Shown one piece after another: positions 22,001 through 35,300 of a stretch of DNA of 64,000 nt. Below the pieces are notes generated by a model. It did no database searches. It worked only from the letters and a program-made list of their open reading frames with translations, and had not been told where the DNA came from. Source of the stretch: Amphiscolops sp. MND2022 (taxonomy: Eukaryota). Made by a program: the position numbers and the translations under genes. The stretch is taken from contig OZ076409.1 in assembly GCA_964187785.1 (NCBI GenBank), forward strand, positions 74,526,001 through 74,590,000. The letters run 5' to 3'. The first letter of the stretch is position 1, and each line of letters opens with the position of its first letter.

Positions 22001-25000
22001 AAGTATGTTGCGCGTGTGGGTAGGGTCCCTGGCGCGCTCTTGGGTATGGTGTTCACCAGCTAGGAAATAGGGGTCGATTTTTCGGGATCTCCTAAACTAG
22101 CCACACGATTTGGCTGAAATTTGGCACACGTACCCCCCTCGGCATGGTGAAGATGATTCCCTACTAGCGTTTTGCTCGCAAAATTTTTTTTGTTGTCCAA
22201 AATAACGGTTTTTGGGGGAAAATTTTGAATTTTTTTTAAATTTTATCTTATATCTCGCCAACGGTTTACGCTAGCGCTTCAAAACCCTGCTAAAGAAAGC
22301 TTGCAAACTGTCTCAGGAATGCGGTGTGAAATTTTCAGCTCAATCGGACTTAAACTCGGGGAGATATAGCGTTTTTCCGGAGCGGGGGGGTTTCATTTTT
22401 CTAACGGTCCAGCTTATCTTTGCCATTTTTTCGAAAATGCACTCGCCTAAAGGCCTCCCCTGGCCGGTTTTATTCCCAGCAAAACCATTTGGCCCTAAAT
22501 ACGGAGTTTCAGCGTTCCAGCATTCCCGGGCGAAAAGTTGTGGGACTTAGAAAAGTTCAAAAATTTTCAAAAAATTTTTTTTCCGTTTTCCGCCCTCCCC
22601 CCCTAGGGGAAAAGACCCCCCAACCAGTAATTTGAGTGAATTCATGTGGAAAGGCCTTGTTTAGAGGAGAAAAATGCCGTTTAGAACGTCTTTTTATCTT
22701 GGCTCAACGTTGATTTATGACGTTTTGAAGGTGATGTTTGGAGGTGTAAAGCACGTGAATAGTAAACGTTATGAGTATTTATCTGATCTGAAAGCCATTG
22801 AGATGAATATGGTTTGCTCAAAACGTAATTCATGGCAGTTTGGCAATCAATCAACACCCTTTGTTGTCGTTTGACATACTTTTTTGTTGTTATAATAAAA
22901 AATTTTGTGTATTTATTCATTTTTTTCTCATCAAATAACTTGAAACAGTTGAGTACATTCCATCCCCCCCTTCCGGGGGAGATGAGAATGTACTCGCAAA
23001 AAGCACCGAACTACGGCCCTTACCTTCCCGAGCTACGCAGTATAAGGATTACATATTGGTTCCGACATTTTCATAGAGTTAAATCTTGGTAATCTGTCTG
23101 GATATGCAGAAAAACCAGCACGTGCTTTTTTATACCAAGTTGCTTACAACGACAATTATTTTATATCAACGCCCCCATATTTATCAACGCCCCCCGTCCG
23201 TGGGCATGCCGAGGCATGCCCTTCGACGACGTATACCAAGATATACATCGAGCGCGTTAGCCTAGGTGCCGGGATTTCCATTCGATAAGGAATTCTGCGC
23301 GTGTGGGTAGGGCCCCTGGCGCGCTCCTGTGTTTTCGGTTTTCCTACTCCAAATTCACACCCCAGTTATCTCCGATCTCGTAAACTATCCATACGATTTG
23401 GCTGAAATTTGGCACACGTACCCCCCTCGGCACGCTGAAGATGATTCCCTACTGACGTTTTGCTCGCTAAACATTTTTTGTTGACCAAAATAACGGTTTT
23501 TGGGGTAAAATTTTCAACTTTTTTTAAATTTCATCTTATATCTCGCCACGGGTACACGCTAGCGCTTCCAAAACTTGCTGACGAAAGCTTGCAAACTGTC
23601 TCAGGAATGCGGTGTGAAATTTTCAGCTCAATCGGACTTAAACTCGGGGAGATATAGCGTTTTTCCGGAGCGGGGGGGTTTCATTTTTCTAACGGTCCAG
23701 CTTATCTTAGCCATTTTTTCGAAAATGTAATCGCCTAAAGGCCTCCCCTGGCCGGTTTTACTCCCAGCAAAACCATTTGGCCCTAAATACGGAGTTTCAG
23801 CGTTCCAGCATTCCCGGGCGAAAAGTTGTGGGACTTAGAAAAGTTCAAAAATTTTCAAAAAAATTTTTTTCCGTTTTCCGCCCTCCCCCCCTAGGGGAAA
23901 AGACCCCCCAACCAGTAATTTGAGTGAATTCATGTGGAAAGGCCTTGTTTAGAGGAGAAAAATGCCGTTTAGAACGTCTTTTTATCTTGGCTCAACGTTG
24001 ATTTATGACGTTTTGAAGGTGATGTTTGGAGGTGTAAAGCACGTGAATAGTAAACGTTATGAGTATTTATCTGATCTGAAAGCCATTGAGATGAATATGG
24101 TTTGCTCAAAACGTAATTCATGGCAGTTTGGCAATCAATCAACACCCTTTGTTGTCGTTTGACATACTTTTTTGTTGTTATAATAAAAAATTTTGTGTAT
24201 TTATTCATTTTTTTCTCATCAAATAACTTGAAACAGTTGAGTACATTCCATCCCCCCCTTCCGGGGGAGATGAGAATGTACTCGCAAAAAGCACCGAACT
24301 ACGGCCCTTACCTTCCCGAGCTACGCAGTATAAGGATTACATATTGGTTCCGACATTTTCATAGAGTTAAATCTTGGTAATCTGTCTGGATATGCAGAAA
24401 AACCAGCACGTGCTTTTTTATACCAAGTTGCTTACAACGACAATTATTTTATATCAACGCCCCCATATTTATCAACGCCCCCCGTCCGTGGGCATGCCGA
24501 GGCATGCCCTTCGACGACGTATACCAAGATATACATCGAGCGCGTTAGCCTAGGTGCCGGGATTTCCATTCGATAAGGAATTCTGCGCGTGTGGGTAGGG
24601 CCCCTGGCGCGCTCCTGTGTTTTCGGTTTTCCTACTCCAAATTCACACCCCAGTTATCTCCGATCTCGTAAACTATCCATACGATTTGGCTGAAATTTGG
24701 CACACGTACCCCCCTCGGCACGCTGAAGATGATTCCCTACTGACGTTTTGCTCGCTAAACATTTTTTGTTGACCAAAATAACGGTTTTTGGGGTAAAATT
24801 TTCAACTTTTTTTAAATTTCATCTTATATCTCGCCACGGGTACACGCTAGCGCTTCCAAAACTTGCTGACGAAAGCTTGCAAACTGTCTCAGGAATGCGG
24901 TGTGAAATTTTCAGCTCAATCGGACTTAAACTCGGGGAGATATAGCGTTTTTCCGGAGCGGGGGGGTTTCATTTTTCTAACGGTCCAGCTTATCTTAGCC

Positions 25001-27132
25001 ATTTTTTCGAAAATGTAATCGCCTAAAGGCCTCCCCTGGCCGGTTTTACTCCCAGCAAAACCATTTGGCCCTAAATACGGAGTTTCAGCGTTCCAGCATT
25101 CCCGGGCGAAAAGTTGTGGGACTTAGAAAATTTCAAAAATTTTCAAAATTTTTTTTTTCCGTTATTTGGGCCCCCAAAGTGGGGGAAAAGACCCCCCAAC
25201 CAGTAAAGCAAGTGAATGCATGTGCAAAGCCCTTGTTTGGACGAGAAAAATGCCGTTTAGAACGTCTTTTTATCTTGGCTCAACGTTGACTTATGACGTT
25301 TTGAAGGTGATGTTTGGAGGTGTAAAGCACGTGAATAGTAAACGTTATGAGTATTTATCTGATCTGAAAGCCATTGAGATGCAATATGGTTTGCTCAAAA
25401 CGTAATTCATTGCAGTTTGGCAATCAATCAACACCCTTTGTTGTCGTTTGACATATTTTTTTGTTGTTATAATAAAAAATTTTGTGTATTTATTCATTTT
25501 TTTCTCATCAAATAACTTGAAAGAGTTGAGTACATTCCATCCCCCCCTTCCGGGGGAGATGAGAATGTACTCGCAAAAAGCACCGAACTACGGCCCTTAC
25601 CTTCCCGAGCTACGCAGTATAAGGATTACATATTGGTTCCGACTTTTTCATAGAGTTATATCTTGGTAATCTGTCTGGATATGCCGAAAAATCAGCACGT
25701 GCCTTTTAATACCAAGTTGCTCACAACAACAATTCTTTTATATCAACGCCCCCATATTTATCAACGCCCCCCGTCCGTGGGCATGCCGAGGCATGCCCTT
25801 CGACGACGTATACCAAGATATGCCATAACGCGTTAGCCTAGGTGCCGGTGTTTTTTTACACAATGGGGGAAGTTGCGCGGTTGGGGAGGGTCCCTGACGC
25901 GCTCCCGGGATTTCGGATTTTTTAACCTTTACGTACCCATCAAAAATTTTGGGATCTCGAAAACTAGCCGTACGATTTGGCTGAAATTTGGCACACGTAC
26001 CCCCCTCGGCACGGTGAAGATGATTCCCTACTGACGTTTTTCTCGCTAAACATTTTTTGTTGACCAAAATAACGGTTTTTGGGGTAAAATTTTCAACTTT
26101 TTTTAAATTTCATCTTATATCTCGCCACGGGTACACGCTAGCGCTTCCAAACCTTGCTGACGAAAGTTTGCAAACTGTCTCAGGAATGCTGTGTGAAATT
26201 TTCAGCTCAATCGAACCTGAACTCGAGGAGATTTAGCGTTTTTCCGGAGCGGGGGAGTTTCATTTTTCTAACGGTCCAGCTTATCTTTGCCATTTTTTCG
26301 AAAATGCACTCGCCTAAAGGCCTCCCCTGGCCGGTTTTATTCCCAGCAAAACCATTTGGCCCTAAATACGGAGTTTCAGCGTTCCAGCATTCCCGGGCGA
26401 AAAGTTGTGGGACTTAGAAAAGTTCAAAAATTTTCAAAAAAATTTTTTTCCGTTATTTGGGCCCCCAAAGTGGGGAAAAGACCCCCCAACCAGTAAAGCA
26501 AGTGAATGCATGTGCAAAGCCCTTGTTTGGACGAGAAAAATGCCGTTTAGAACGTCTTTTTATCTTGGCTCAACGTTGACTTATGACGTTTTGAAGGTGA
26601 TGTTTGGAGGTGTAAAGCAAGTGAATAGTAAACGTTATGAGTATTTATCTGATCTGAAAGCCATTGAGATGCAATATTGTTTGCTCAAAACGTAATTCAT
26701 TGCAGTTTGGCAATCAATCAACACCCTTTGTTGTCGTTTGACATACTTTTTTGTTGTTATAACAAAAAATTTTGTGTATTTATTCATTTTTTTCTCATCA
26801 AATAACTTGGAACAGTTGAGTACATTCCATCCCCCCTTCCGGGGGAGATGAGAATGTACTCGCAAAAAGCACCGAACTACGGCCCTTACCTTCCCGAGCT
26901 ACGCAGTATAAGGATTACATATTGGTTCCGACATTTTCATAGAGTTATATCTTGGTAATCTGTCTGGATATGCCGAAAAATCAGCACGTGCCTTTTAATA
27001 CCAAGTTGCTCACAACGACAATTATTTTATATCAACGCCCCCATATTTATCAACGCCCCCCGTCCGTGGGCATGCCGAGGCATGCCCTTCGACGACTCGC
27101 ACCAAAATATGCGTTAGCGCGGTAGCTGCTAG
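13089..27132 (+). repeat. Run of 11 main-family units (~1.21-1.29 kb, mosaic subtypes)
   Basis: Shared blocks: CCTAAAGGCCTCCCCTGGCCG, AAAACCATTTGGCCC, GAATGCATGTGGAAAG and the GTACATTCCATC...GATG..AATGTAC hairpin. Confidence 0.9.
15551..15600 (+). other. Representative copy of the conserved 50-nt palindromic core (upstream of 30 of the 40 junctions)
   Basis: CAACGCCCACCGTCCGTGGGCATGCCGAGGCATGCCCTTCGACGACGTAT. It contains the perfect stem GGGCATGCC-GA-GGCATGCCC and ends ~22-35 nt before CTAG. Confidence 0.9.
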
Positions 27133-29309
27133 GTGGATGGTATTTTATAACAATTAAAGTGTTTTTTTCCGGAGTTTGTGGCTTTGGAAAAAACAAAAGG
27201 CGAGAAATTGGGCACTCCAGGCTGAACCTAAAAACACCCTAAAATTGGCCCGATTTTTTTACGATCTCGAAACCCAGCCGTACGATTTGGCTGAAAATTT
27301 GCATGTGGCTCCTAATCAATGAGTAATGAAAAAGTGTAGGAGTGACTTTTCCTGACAAAATTGTTTTTGTTGCACTTTTTGCGCAATTTTTGACCGATTG
27401 TTGCGTTTTTTATGTCACTTTTGACTTTTCAGGCAAAAAACTCATGGATGCTTTGATCCTAGCGCATCAAGTGTTTTGACCAAAAAGTTGCAGCATGTTC
27501 TTTTACGTATGCTGAGAAAATTTGGTTCCCATCGTATTACCCCCCACTGAGATAGAGGGGAACTTCCGGTGGATTTTAGCACCCTAAAAACGAGGACCTC
27601 CTAAATTTCAGCATGAAGCGGTAGTTTTAGCGTGCTCATACCATGCTGAAGTTTTGTTGGGCATATTGAGATAGTTATGATATCATGTGTTCAGTTCACC
27701 CCCCATCACCCCCTGGACCGGAAATGAACTTTTTTGTGCACTATCATACCGGAAGTCTCCAATTTCACCGTTAAGCAGTCCTTGTACGAGCAACTACCAG
27801 GACATCAAAATTGAAGTACCACCTGAGGTCAACGCAGTGACTACGTGTTGTCCAGTCATAGGTTCCGCTATGACCGGAAATGGGGTCAAAACCCCCTTTT
27901 TTGGATGTTTTTCAACAATTTGACCAGTGTTTGGTCCACATTCAAGTCGCGTGAGTCAATTGAATCAGTGTGAGCATAAACTGTGTGTTCACTGCGTAGA
28001 CGTAACTGACACTGACAGATACCGGAAGTAACCCCCCGTGACCGGAAGTTGTCATTTTTGACCGGAAATGGTCCAAAAAGTAGCGTAAAATTAGTTTTTC
28101 ACTGCTTTTTAAAGTAAATTTTTTACTTTTTCAATCTCCGCGAGCTTGTATTCAGGTTCGTTTTTGTTACCCGTGCACTTTGCAACAAATATACACCTGT
28201 AAAATTTTCTCTATGATATCGTTGGATAGAGAAATAACGTGTTTTTGGGACTTTTTTTTCAAAAATATTAGACTATATCTGTCATTTTAGCGAAAGTTAG
28301 TCAACAGTACAACCGCAGTCGTTAGTCTCTGCCCAAATCAATGCCTAACAAACCTATATGGCCCATTGACCCAATTTGAGCGTTCCAGCTTTGCGTGGTC
28401 AAAAATAAGGGACTTGAAAAATTTTCAATTTTTTTCCAAAAAAAATTCTCACATTCATGTCTCCCAAAGTAAAGAAACTTCCACACAACTAGGATTGCAA
28501 GTGGATGCATGTGGCAAGCCCTATAATTGAAGAGAAGAAAGCCGCTTAGGACGTCTCTTTATCGTAATTTGACGTTAACGTATGGTGCTTTGAATGATAG
28601 CTTGATAAGGTGTCGAGAAGTCAAAGAATGTAAAAGGAACGTATATGTCGTCGAAAAGTCATCGGAATATATACAGTGAACCCCAATTACACTCAATTGC
28701 AGTTGCCTAGTGCAACGACGTCTTTCAAGGACATTTTACCCATTTTCATAATTATCGAAATTTTTTTAAATTCAGTTACCAAGAAACACTTGAGTACATT
28801 CTCATCTCTCCCCATAGGGTGAGATGAGAAAGTACCTGCTAGAAGCCTGGTACTACGGCCCACTTTTGTTTTATTGCGACGCATTCTGTGCTTTGGCACA
28901 TATATAATTTTACTTCGTCTGACCTTTGGTATACACTCTGACTTGTCATTATATATTTCCCGTCATCAATTACTTTGCATTAAATAAATTTACTACCATA
29001 CAACCTTAACGTCATCGCTACATAAATTTAGACGTCCACCATTCCGTAGGCATGCCGAGACATGCTTTTCGACGACGTATGCCAAAACACAAAAGCCAAC
29101 AAAAATGCTGAAATTCAGAAAGAGTGACAAACAAATTTGACTATCTGACATATGGTAGGTTTTTTGTATGGAACTTACACATCACTGATATTTCACAACA
29201 TTCCAGCTGACGCCCACATACCAACATCAACGCCCACCGTCCGTGGGCATGCCGAGGCATGCCCTTCGACGACGTATACGAAGATATACATAAACGCGGT
29301 AGCAGCTAG
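27133..29309 (+). mobile_element. Array unit, 2177-bp composite (ACCGGAAGT-family 5' half, diverged main-family 3' half, two cores)
   Basis: ~27290-28120 resembles ~10760-11590. ~28340-28860 resembles the main-family second half. There is a degenerate core at ~29032-29080 and an intact core at ~29228-29277. Confidence 0.55.
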
Positions 29310-32300
29310 GTGGCCGGAAATTTTTTTTTCATCAAAATCTTTGCCATTGGGGGAGGGGCCCCGGATGGCCAGTAGTACGGCATAGCTCCCTACGGAATCC
29401 AGGCAGAAAAAACGTGATTTTGGAAACTAGCCGTCAGAATTTGCTCAAATTTTGCATACGGCTTCCTATAACAATCCTAAGAACTAATCCCTCCTGGCAT
29501 TTTGCCCAAAAAACGCAAAAAGTTGGTCAAAATCTTAGTTTTTTGGTCAAAAAATGGCAATTTTTCGAAAAAAAAATTTTTCAGAGACAATTACTCGTAA
29601 CTGGTTCACCCAGCGCAAAAACGCCTAGCTGATTTATTGTTGGGCACTTCATGAGGAGTGCGTATACAAATTTTTGTCCAGATCGGAAAAAAAATGACTA
29701 AGTATTAGCCGGAATTCGGACGCATTTTTTCGCAAATTTTTGAAAACCTAGTCTATCTCTGCCGTTTTTTGCCCAGATTTTTTTCCAGGTCCTCTCCTAA
29801 AGGCCTCCCCTGGCCGGTTTACTTCCCAGAAAAACCATTTGGCCCTAAATACGGAGTTTCAGCGTTCTAGCATTCCCGGGCGAAAAGATGTGGGACTTAG
29901 AAAAAATTCAAAATTTTTCAAAAAATTTTTTTTTCGTTTTCCGGCCCCCCAATGAAGGGGAACGACCCCCCAACGAGGATTATTGGTGAATTCACGTGGA
30001 AAGGCCTTGTTTTGTGGAGCAAATTGCCGTTTAGAGCAACTTTTTATCTTAACTTGACGTTGACCTCTGTCGTTTTGAATTTGATATTAGTATGCGTTGA
30101 GCATGTGAAAAGTTGATGATTTCAGTTGTTCTCTCGTGTTCAAGCCATTGAGATACAAGCGGTAGTGATCAAAATGTGATTTATCGCAATTTGATGGTGC
30201 TTTTGGTGTATTTTGATTCTTTTAAATAAAAAGTTGTTCTTTATATATTTGGTGTATTGATTCAAATGAACAAGAAACAGTTGAGTACATTTCATCTCCC
30301 CCCTTGTGGGGGAGATGAGGATGTACCCGCTAAATGACACGCACAATGGCCCAATTTTATTTTTATGCGACGTTTTCTAGGCTTTTGCGCAAGCCCACTA
30401 AAATTTAGACTGGTTTCCTTTTCTTTTACTCCAAAATTTTCCGTACTAACCACCTTACGCACCACCAGCTCAACGTAATATCTGTAACGTCAACGCCACA
30501 TACTCGCATCAACGCCCACCGTCCGTGGGCATGCCGAGGCATGCCCTTCGACGACGTATGCCAAATAGCGCCACAGGGCGCAAACTTGTCCGCTAGGTGC
30601 CAATCCCCCCCGGGATGCCACAACTTCGAGGGCGGGGTAGGGCCCCCTGCCCGAGTCCAAAACCAACGGCGCTAAACTTCGCGCCAGAAACTTAAGGCGT
30701 TTTCCATTTCTAGAGGCGATCTCGAAAACGGCCCATTCGATTTGGCTCAAATTTTGCATGCGGCTTCCTCTAGCGATTCTAAGAACTTTTCCCTACTACC
30801 ATTTTGCCCGGAAAATTTTTTTTGTTGACTTATAGACAATTTTAGGTGCCGAAAATGGCGTTTTTTCGAAAAATTTTTTTTCAAGAGCCCATATCTCGCT
30901 CCCAGGTGCTCGGAGCGGGTCGCATGTGGACGTCGATATTGCTAGGCACTTCGTAAGGAGTCCGTAGACAAATTTTCGTACAGATCGGATGAAAATTGAC
31001 TTAGTAATAAAAAACTTTGATTTGCATTTTTTCGAAAATTTATGAAATCCCAGTGTATCTCTGCCGTTTTTTGCCCAGATTTTTTTCCAGGACCTCTCCT
31101 AAAGGCCTCCCCTGGCCGGTTTACCTCCCAGAAAAACCATTTGGCCCTTTTGCCGCAGTTTCAGCGTTCCAGGATTCCCCGGGTAAAAGTAAAATGACTT
31201 AGAATTTTTTCGAAAAATTTTCAAAATTTTTTTTTTCAACTTCAGGCCTCCCAAAGTCAAGAAACGTCCACACAACTAGTATTGCAAGTGAATGCATGTG
31301 GAAAGTGCTCGAATAGACGAGAAAAATGAGCTATTATAAACCTCTGTAGGTCAACCTGACGTTGACTTATGACAATTTTAGTGTGAGCTTGCTATGTGAG
31401 AAAAAATTTCAAAAATTGAAAATCGAAGCTAAGTCTCATCCAAAACTCATCGGAATACGTTCAATCCATCCCAGAGCGGTTCAATTCCAGTTGCTTAGTG
31501 CAGCAACACCATTCAAGGTCATTTGACCCATTTTTATAGTTTTTGACGCCGTCTTATCCATCCGAAAGTTCGAAACAGTTAAGTACATTCCATCTCCCCT
31601 CCGTGGGAGATGGTAATGTACTCGCAAAAAGCCAAGTACTACCGCCCTATTCTACCCGTAGTGGTGCTAGAAGAGCAGTAGCGTGAGCTCCAGGCTGTTT
31701 ACAGTAGCCTTTATGGGTGTTGTGACTATGTATTACAAATCTAACTATGTTACTGAACGTGAAAAAAACTGTTTCACTCCAAATTTTTTTTTCAACTATT
31801 TTATGTCATCAATAAAGATATATCCATCCATTTACTATTACCTACCCCATTACCCGCCCCTTCCACTATCTGTTCAACCGTGCACGTCTAGGTGCCGGTG
31901 TTTTCTTCACTTTTGAGGAAGTTGCGCGTGTGGGTAGGGCCCCTGGCGCGCTCCGTTGTCCCTGTGTTTACATCTTAGAAAATTTGAGTAAAAAATGGGA
32001 TCTCGAAAACTGGCCATACGATTTGGCTGAAATTTTGCATACGGCTCCCTATGACAGTTGTAAGAACTAATCCCTAGTGGCGTTTTGCCCGGAAAATTTT
32101 TTTTGTTGACTTATTCACAATTTTAGGTCCGAAAAATGGCGTTTTTTTGAAAAATTTTTTTTTCAGAGACAATTACTCGAAACTGGTGCACCCAGCGCAG
32201 TAACGCCTAGCTGATTTATTGTTGGGCATTTCATGAGGAGTCCGTATACAAATTTTCGTCCAAATCGGATGAAAAATGATTGAGAAATAACTGAAAATTT

Positions 32301-35300
32301 TAGGAATTTTTTTGGAAATTTTCGAAAACCCAGTCTATCTCTGCCGTTTTTTGCCCAGATTTTTTTTGAGACACTCTCCTAAAGACCTCCCCTGGCCGGT
32401 TTTCCTCCCAGCAAAACCATTTGGCCCTAAATACGAAGTTTCAGCGTTCTAGCATTCCCGGGCAAAAAGTTGTGGGACTTAGAATAATTTTTTGGAAACG
32501 CAAAATGTGTAAAGTCAACTTCAGGCCTCCCAAAGTCAAGGAACTTCCACACAACTAGGATTGCAAGTGGGTGCATGTGGAAAGTACTCGAATAGACGAG
32601 AAAAATGAGCTATAGAATGACTCTGTAGCTTAACCTGACGTTGACTTATGACATTTTGAGTGTGAGCTTGCTATGTGAGAAAAAAATTCCAACTTTGAAA
32701 ATGGAAGCAAAGTCTCGTCGAAAACCCATCGGAACACGTTCAATCCATCCCAGAGCAGTTTATTTACAGCTTTCTAGTGCAGCAACACCATTCATGATCA
32801 TTTTATTCTTTTTTATAAGTTTTGAATTTGTCTTCTTCATCCGATAGCACAAAACAGTTGAGTACATTCCATCTCCCCTCCGTGGGAGATGAGAATGTAC
32901 TCGCAAAAGTCCTAGTACTACAGCCCATATTTGTTTTTATGCGACGCTCTTTATGCTAGTGCGCACACGTATTAATCTTTCAACTGAATTTACTTTTGTC
33001 TGTACTTTGACTTTGACTTGACATATACTGAACAGTTTGTCCTTACAACATACACATTACACATGACTAACGTCAACGCCCCATCCTTCAGTCAACGCCC
33101 ACCGTCCGTGGGCATGCCGAGGCATGCCCTTCGACGACGTATGCCCTCTCAAACGCGGTAGCCGCTAGGTGCCGGTGTCTTTTTACACAATGGGGGAAGT
33201 TGCGCGGTTGGGGAGGGTCCCTGACGCGCTTCCGTGAGATCAGGTTTTTCAACTAGTGAAATCGACAAAGAAAATTGAGATCTCGTAAACTAGCCATACG
33301 ATTTGGCTGAAATTTGGCACACGTACCCCCCTCGGCACGGTGAAGATGATTCCCTACTGACGTTTTGCTCGCTAAACATTTTTTGTTGACCAAAATAACG
33401 GTTTTTGGGGTAAAATTTTCAACTTTTTTTAAATTTCATCTTATATCTCGCCACGGGTTTACGCTAGCGCTTCCAAATCCTGCTGACGAAACCTTGCAAA
33501 CTGTCTCAGGAATGCGGTGTGAAATTTTCAGCTCAATCGGACTCAAACTCGGGGAGATATAGCGTTTTTCCGGAGCGGGGGGGTTTCATTTTTCTAACGG
33601 TCCAGCTTATCTTTGCCATTTTTTCGAAAATGCACTCGCCTAAAGGCCTCCCCTGGCCGGTTTTATTCCCAGCAAAACCATTTGGCCCTAAATACGGAGT
33701 TTCAGCGTTCCAGCATTCCCGGGCGAAAAGTTGTGGGACTTAGAAAATTTCAAAAATTTTCAAAAAAATTTTTTCCGTTATTTGGGCCCCCAAAGTGGGG
33801 GAAAAGACCCCCCAACCAGTAAAGCAAGTGAATGCATGTGCAAAGCCCTTGTTTAGAGGAGAAAAATGCCGTTTAGAACGTCTTTTTATCTTGGCTCAAC
33901 GTTGACTTATGACGTTTTGAAGGTGATGTTTGGAGGTGTAAAGCACGTGAATAGTAAACGTTATGAGTATTTATCTGATCTGAAAGCCATTGAGATGCAA
34001 TATGGTTTGCTCAAAACGTAATTCATTGCAGTTTGGCAATCAATCAACACCCTTTGTTGTCGTTTGACATACTTTTTTGTTGTTATAATAAAAAATTTTG
34101 TGTATTTATTCATTTTTTTCTCTTCATATAGCTTGAAACAGTTGAGTACATTCCATCCCCCCCTTCCGGGGGAGATGAGAATGTACTCGCAAAAAGCACC
34201 GAACTACGGCCCTTACCTTCCCGAGCTACGCAGTATAAGGATTACATATTGGTTCCGACATTTTCATAGAGTTAAATCTTGGTAATCTGTCTGGATATGC
34301 AGAAAAATCAGCACGTGCCTTTCAATACCAAGTTGCTTACAACGACAATTATTTTACATCAACGCCCCCATATTTATCAACGCCCCCCGTCCGTGGGCAT
34401 GCCGAGGCATGCCCTTCGACGACGTATACCAAGATATACATAAGCGCGGTAGCCGCTAGGTGCCGGTGTCTTTTTACACAATGGGGGAAGTTGCGCGGTT
34501 GGGGAGGGTCCCTGACGCGCTTCCGTGAGATCAGGTTTTTCAACTAGTGAAATCGACAAAGAAAATTGAGATCTCGTAAACTAGCCATACGATTTGGCTG
34601 AAATTTGGCACACGTACCCCCCTCGGCACGGTGAAGATGATTTCCTACTGACGTTTTTCCCGCTAAACATTTTTTGTTGACCAAAATAACGGTTTTTGGG
34701 GTAAGATTTTCAACTTTTTTATAAATTTCATCTTATATCTCGCCACCGGTGCACGCTAGCGCTTCCAAACCTTGCTGACAAAAGTTTGCAAACTGTCTCA
34801 GGAATGCTGTGTGAAAATTTCAGCTCAATCGGACTTAAACTCGAGGAGATATAGCGTTTTTCCGGAGCGGGGGGGTTTCATTTTTCTAACGGTCCAGCTT
34901 ATCTTTGCCATTTTTTCGAAAATGCACTCGCCTAAAGGCCTCCCCTGGCCGGTTTTATTCCCAGCAAAACCATTTGGCCCTAAATACGGAGTTTCAGCGT
35001 TCCAGCATTCTCGGGCGAAAAGTTGTGGGACTTAGAAAATTTCAAAAATTTTCAAAAAATTTTTTTTCGTTATTTGGGCCCCCAAAGTGGGGGAAAAGAC
35101 CCCCCAACCAGTAAATCAAGTGAATGCATGTGGAAAGGCCATGTTTAGAGGAGAAAAATGCCGTTTAGAACGTCTTTTTATCTTGGCTCAACGTTGACTT
35201 ATGACGTTTTGAAGGTGATGTTTGGAGGTGTAAAGCAAGTGAATAGTAAACGTTATGAGTATTTATCTGATCTGAAAGCCATTGAGATGCAATATGATTG

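Noticed and set aside
33169..33260. Hammerhead or HDV-like ribozyme at the unit heads
   Set aside because: No conserved CTGANGA...GAAA core, and no consistent HDV nested pseudoknot could be built by eye across head types.
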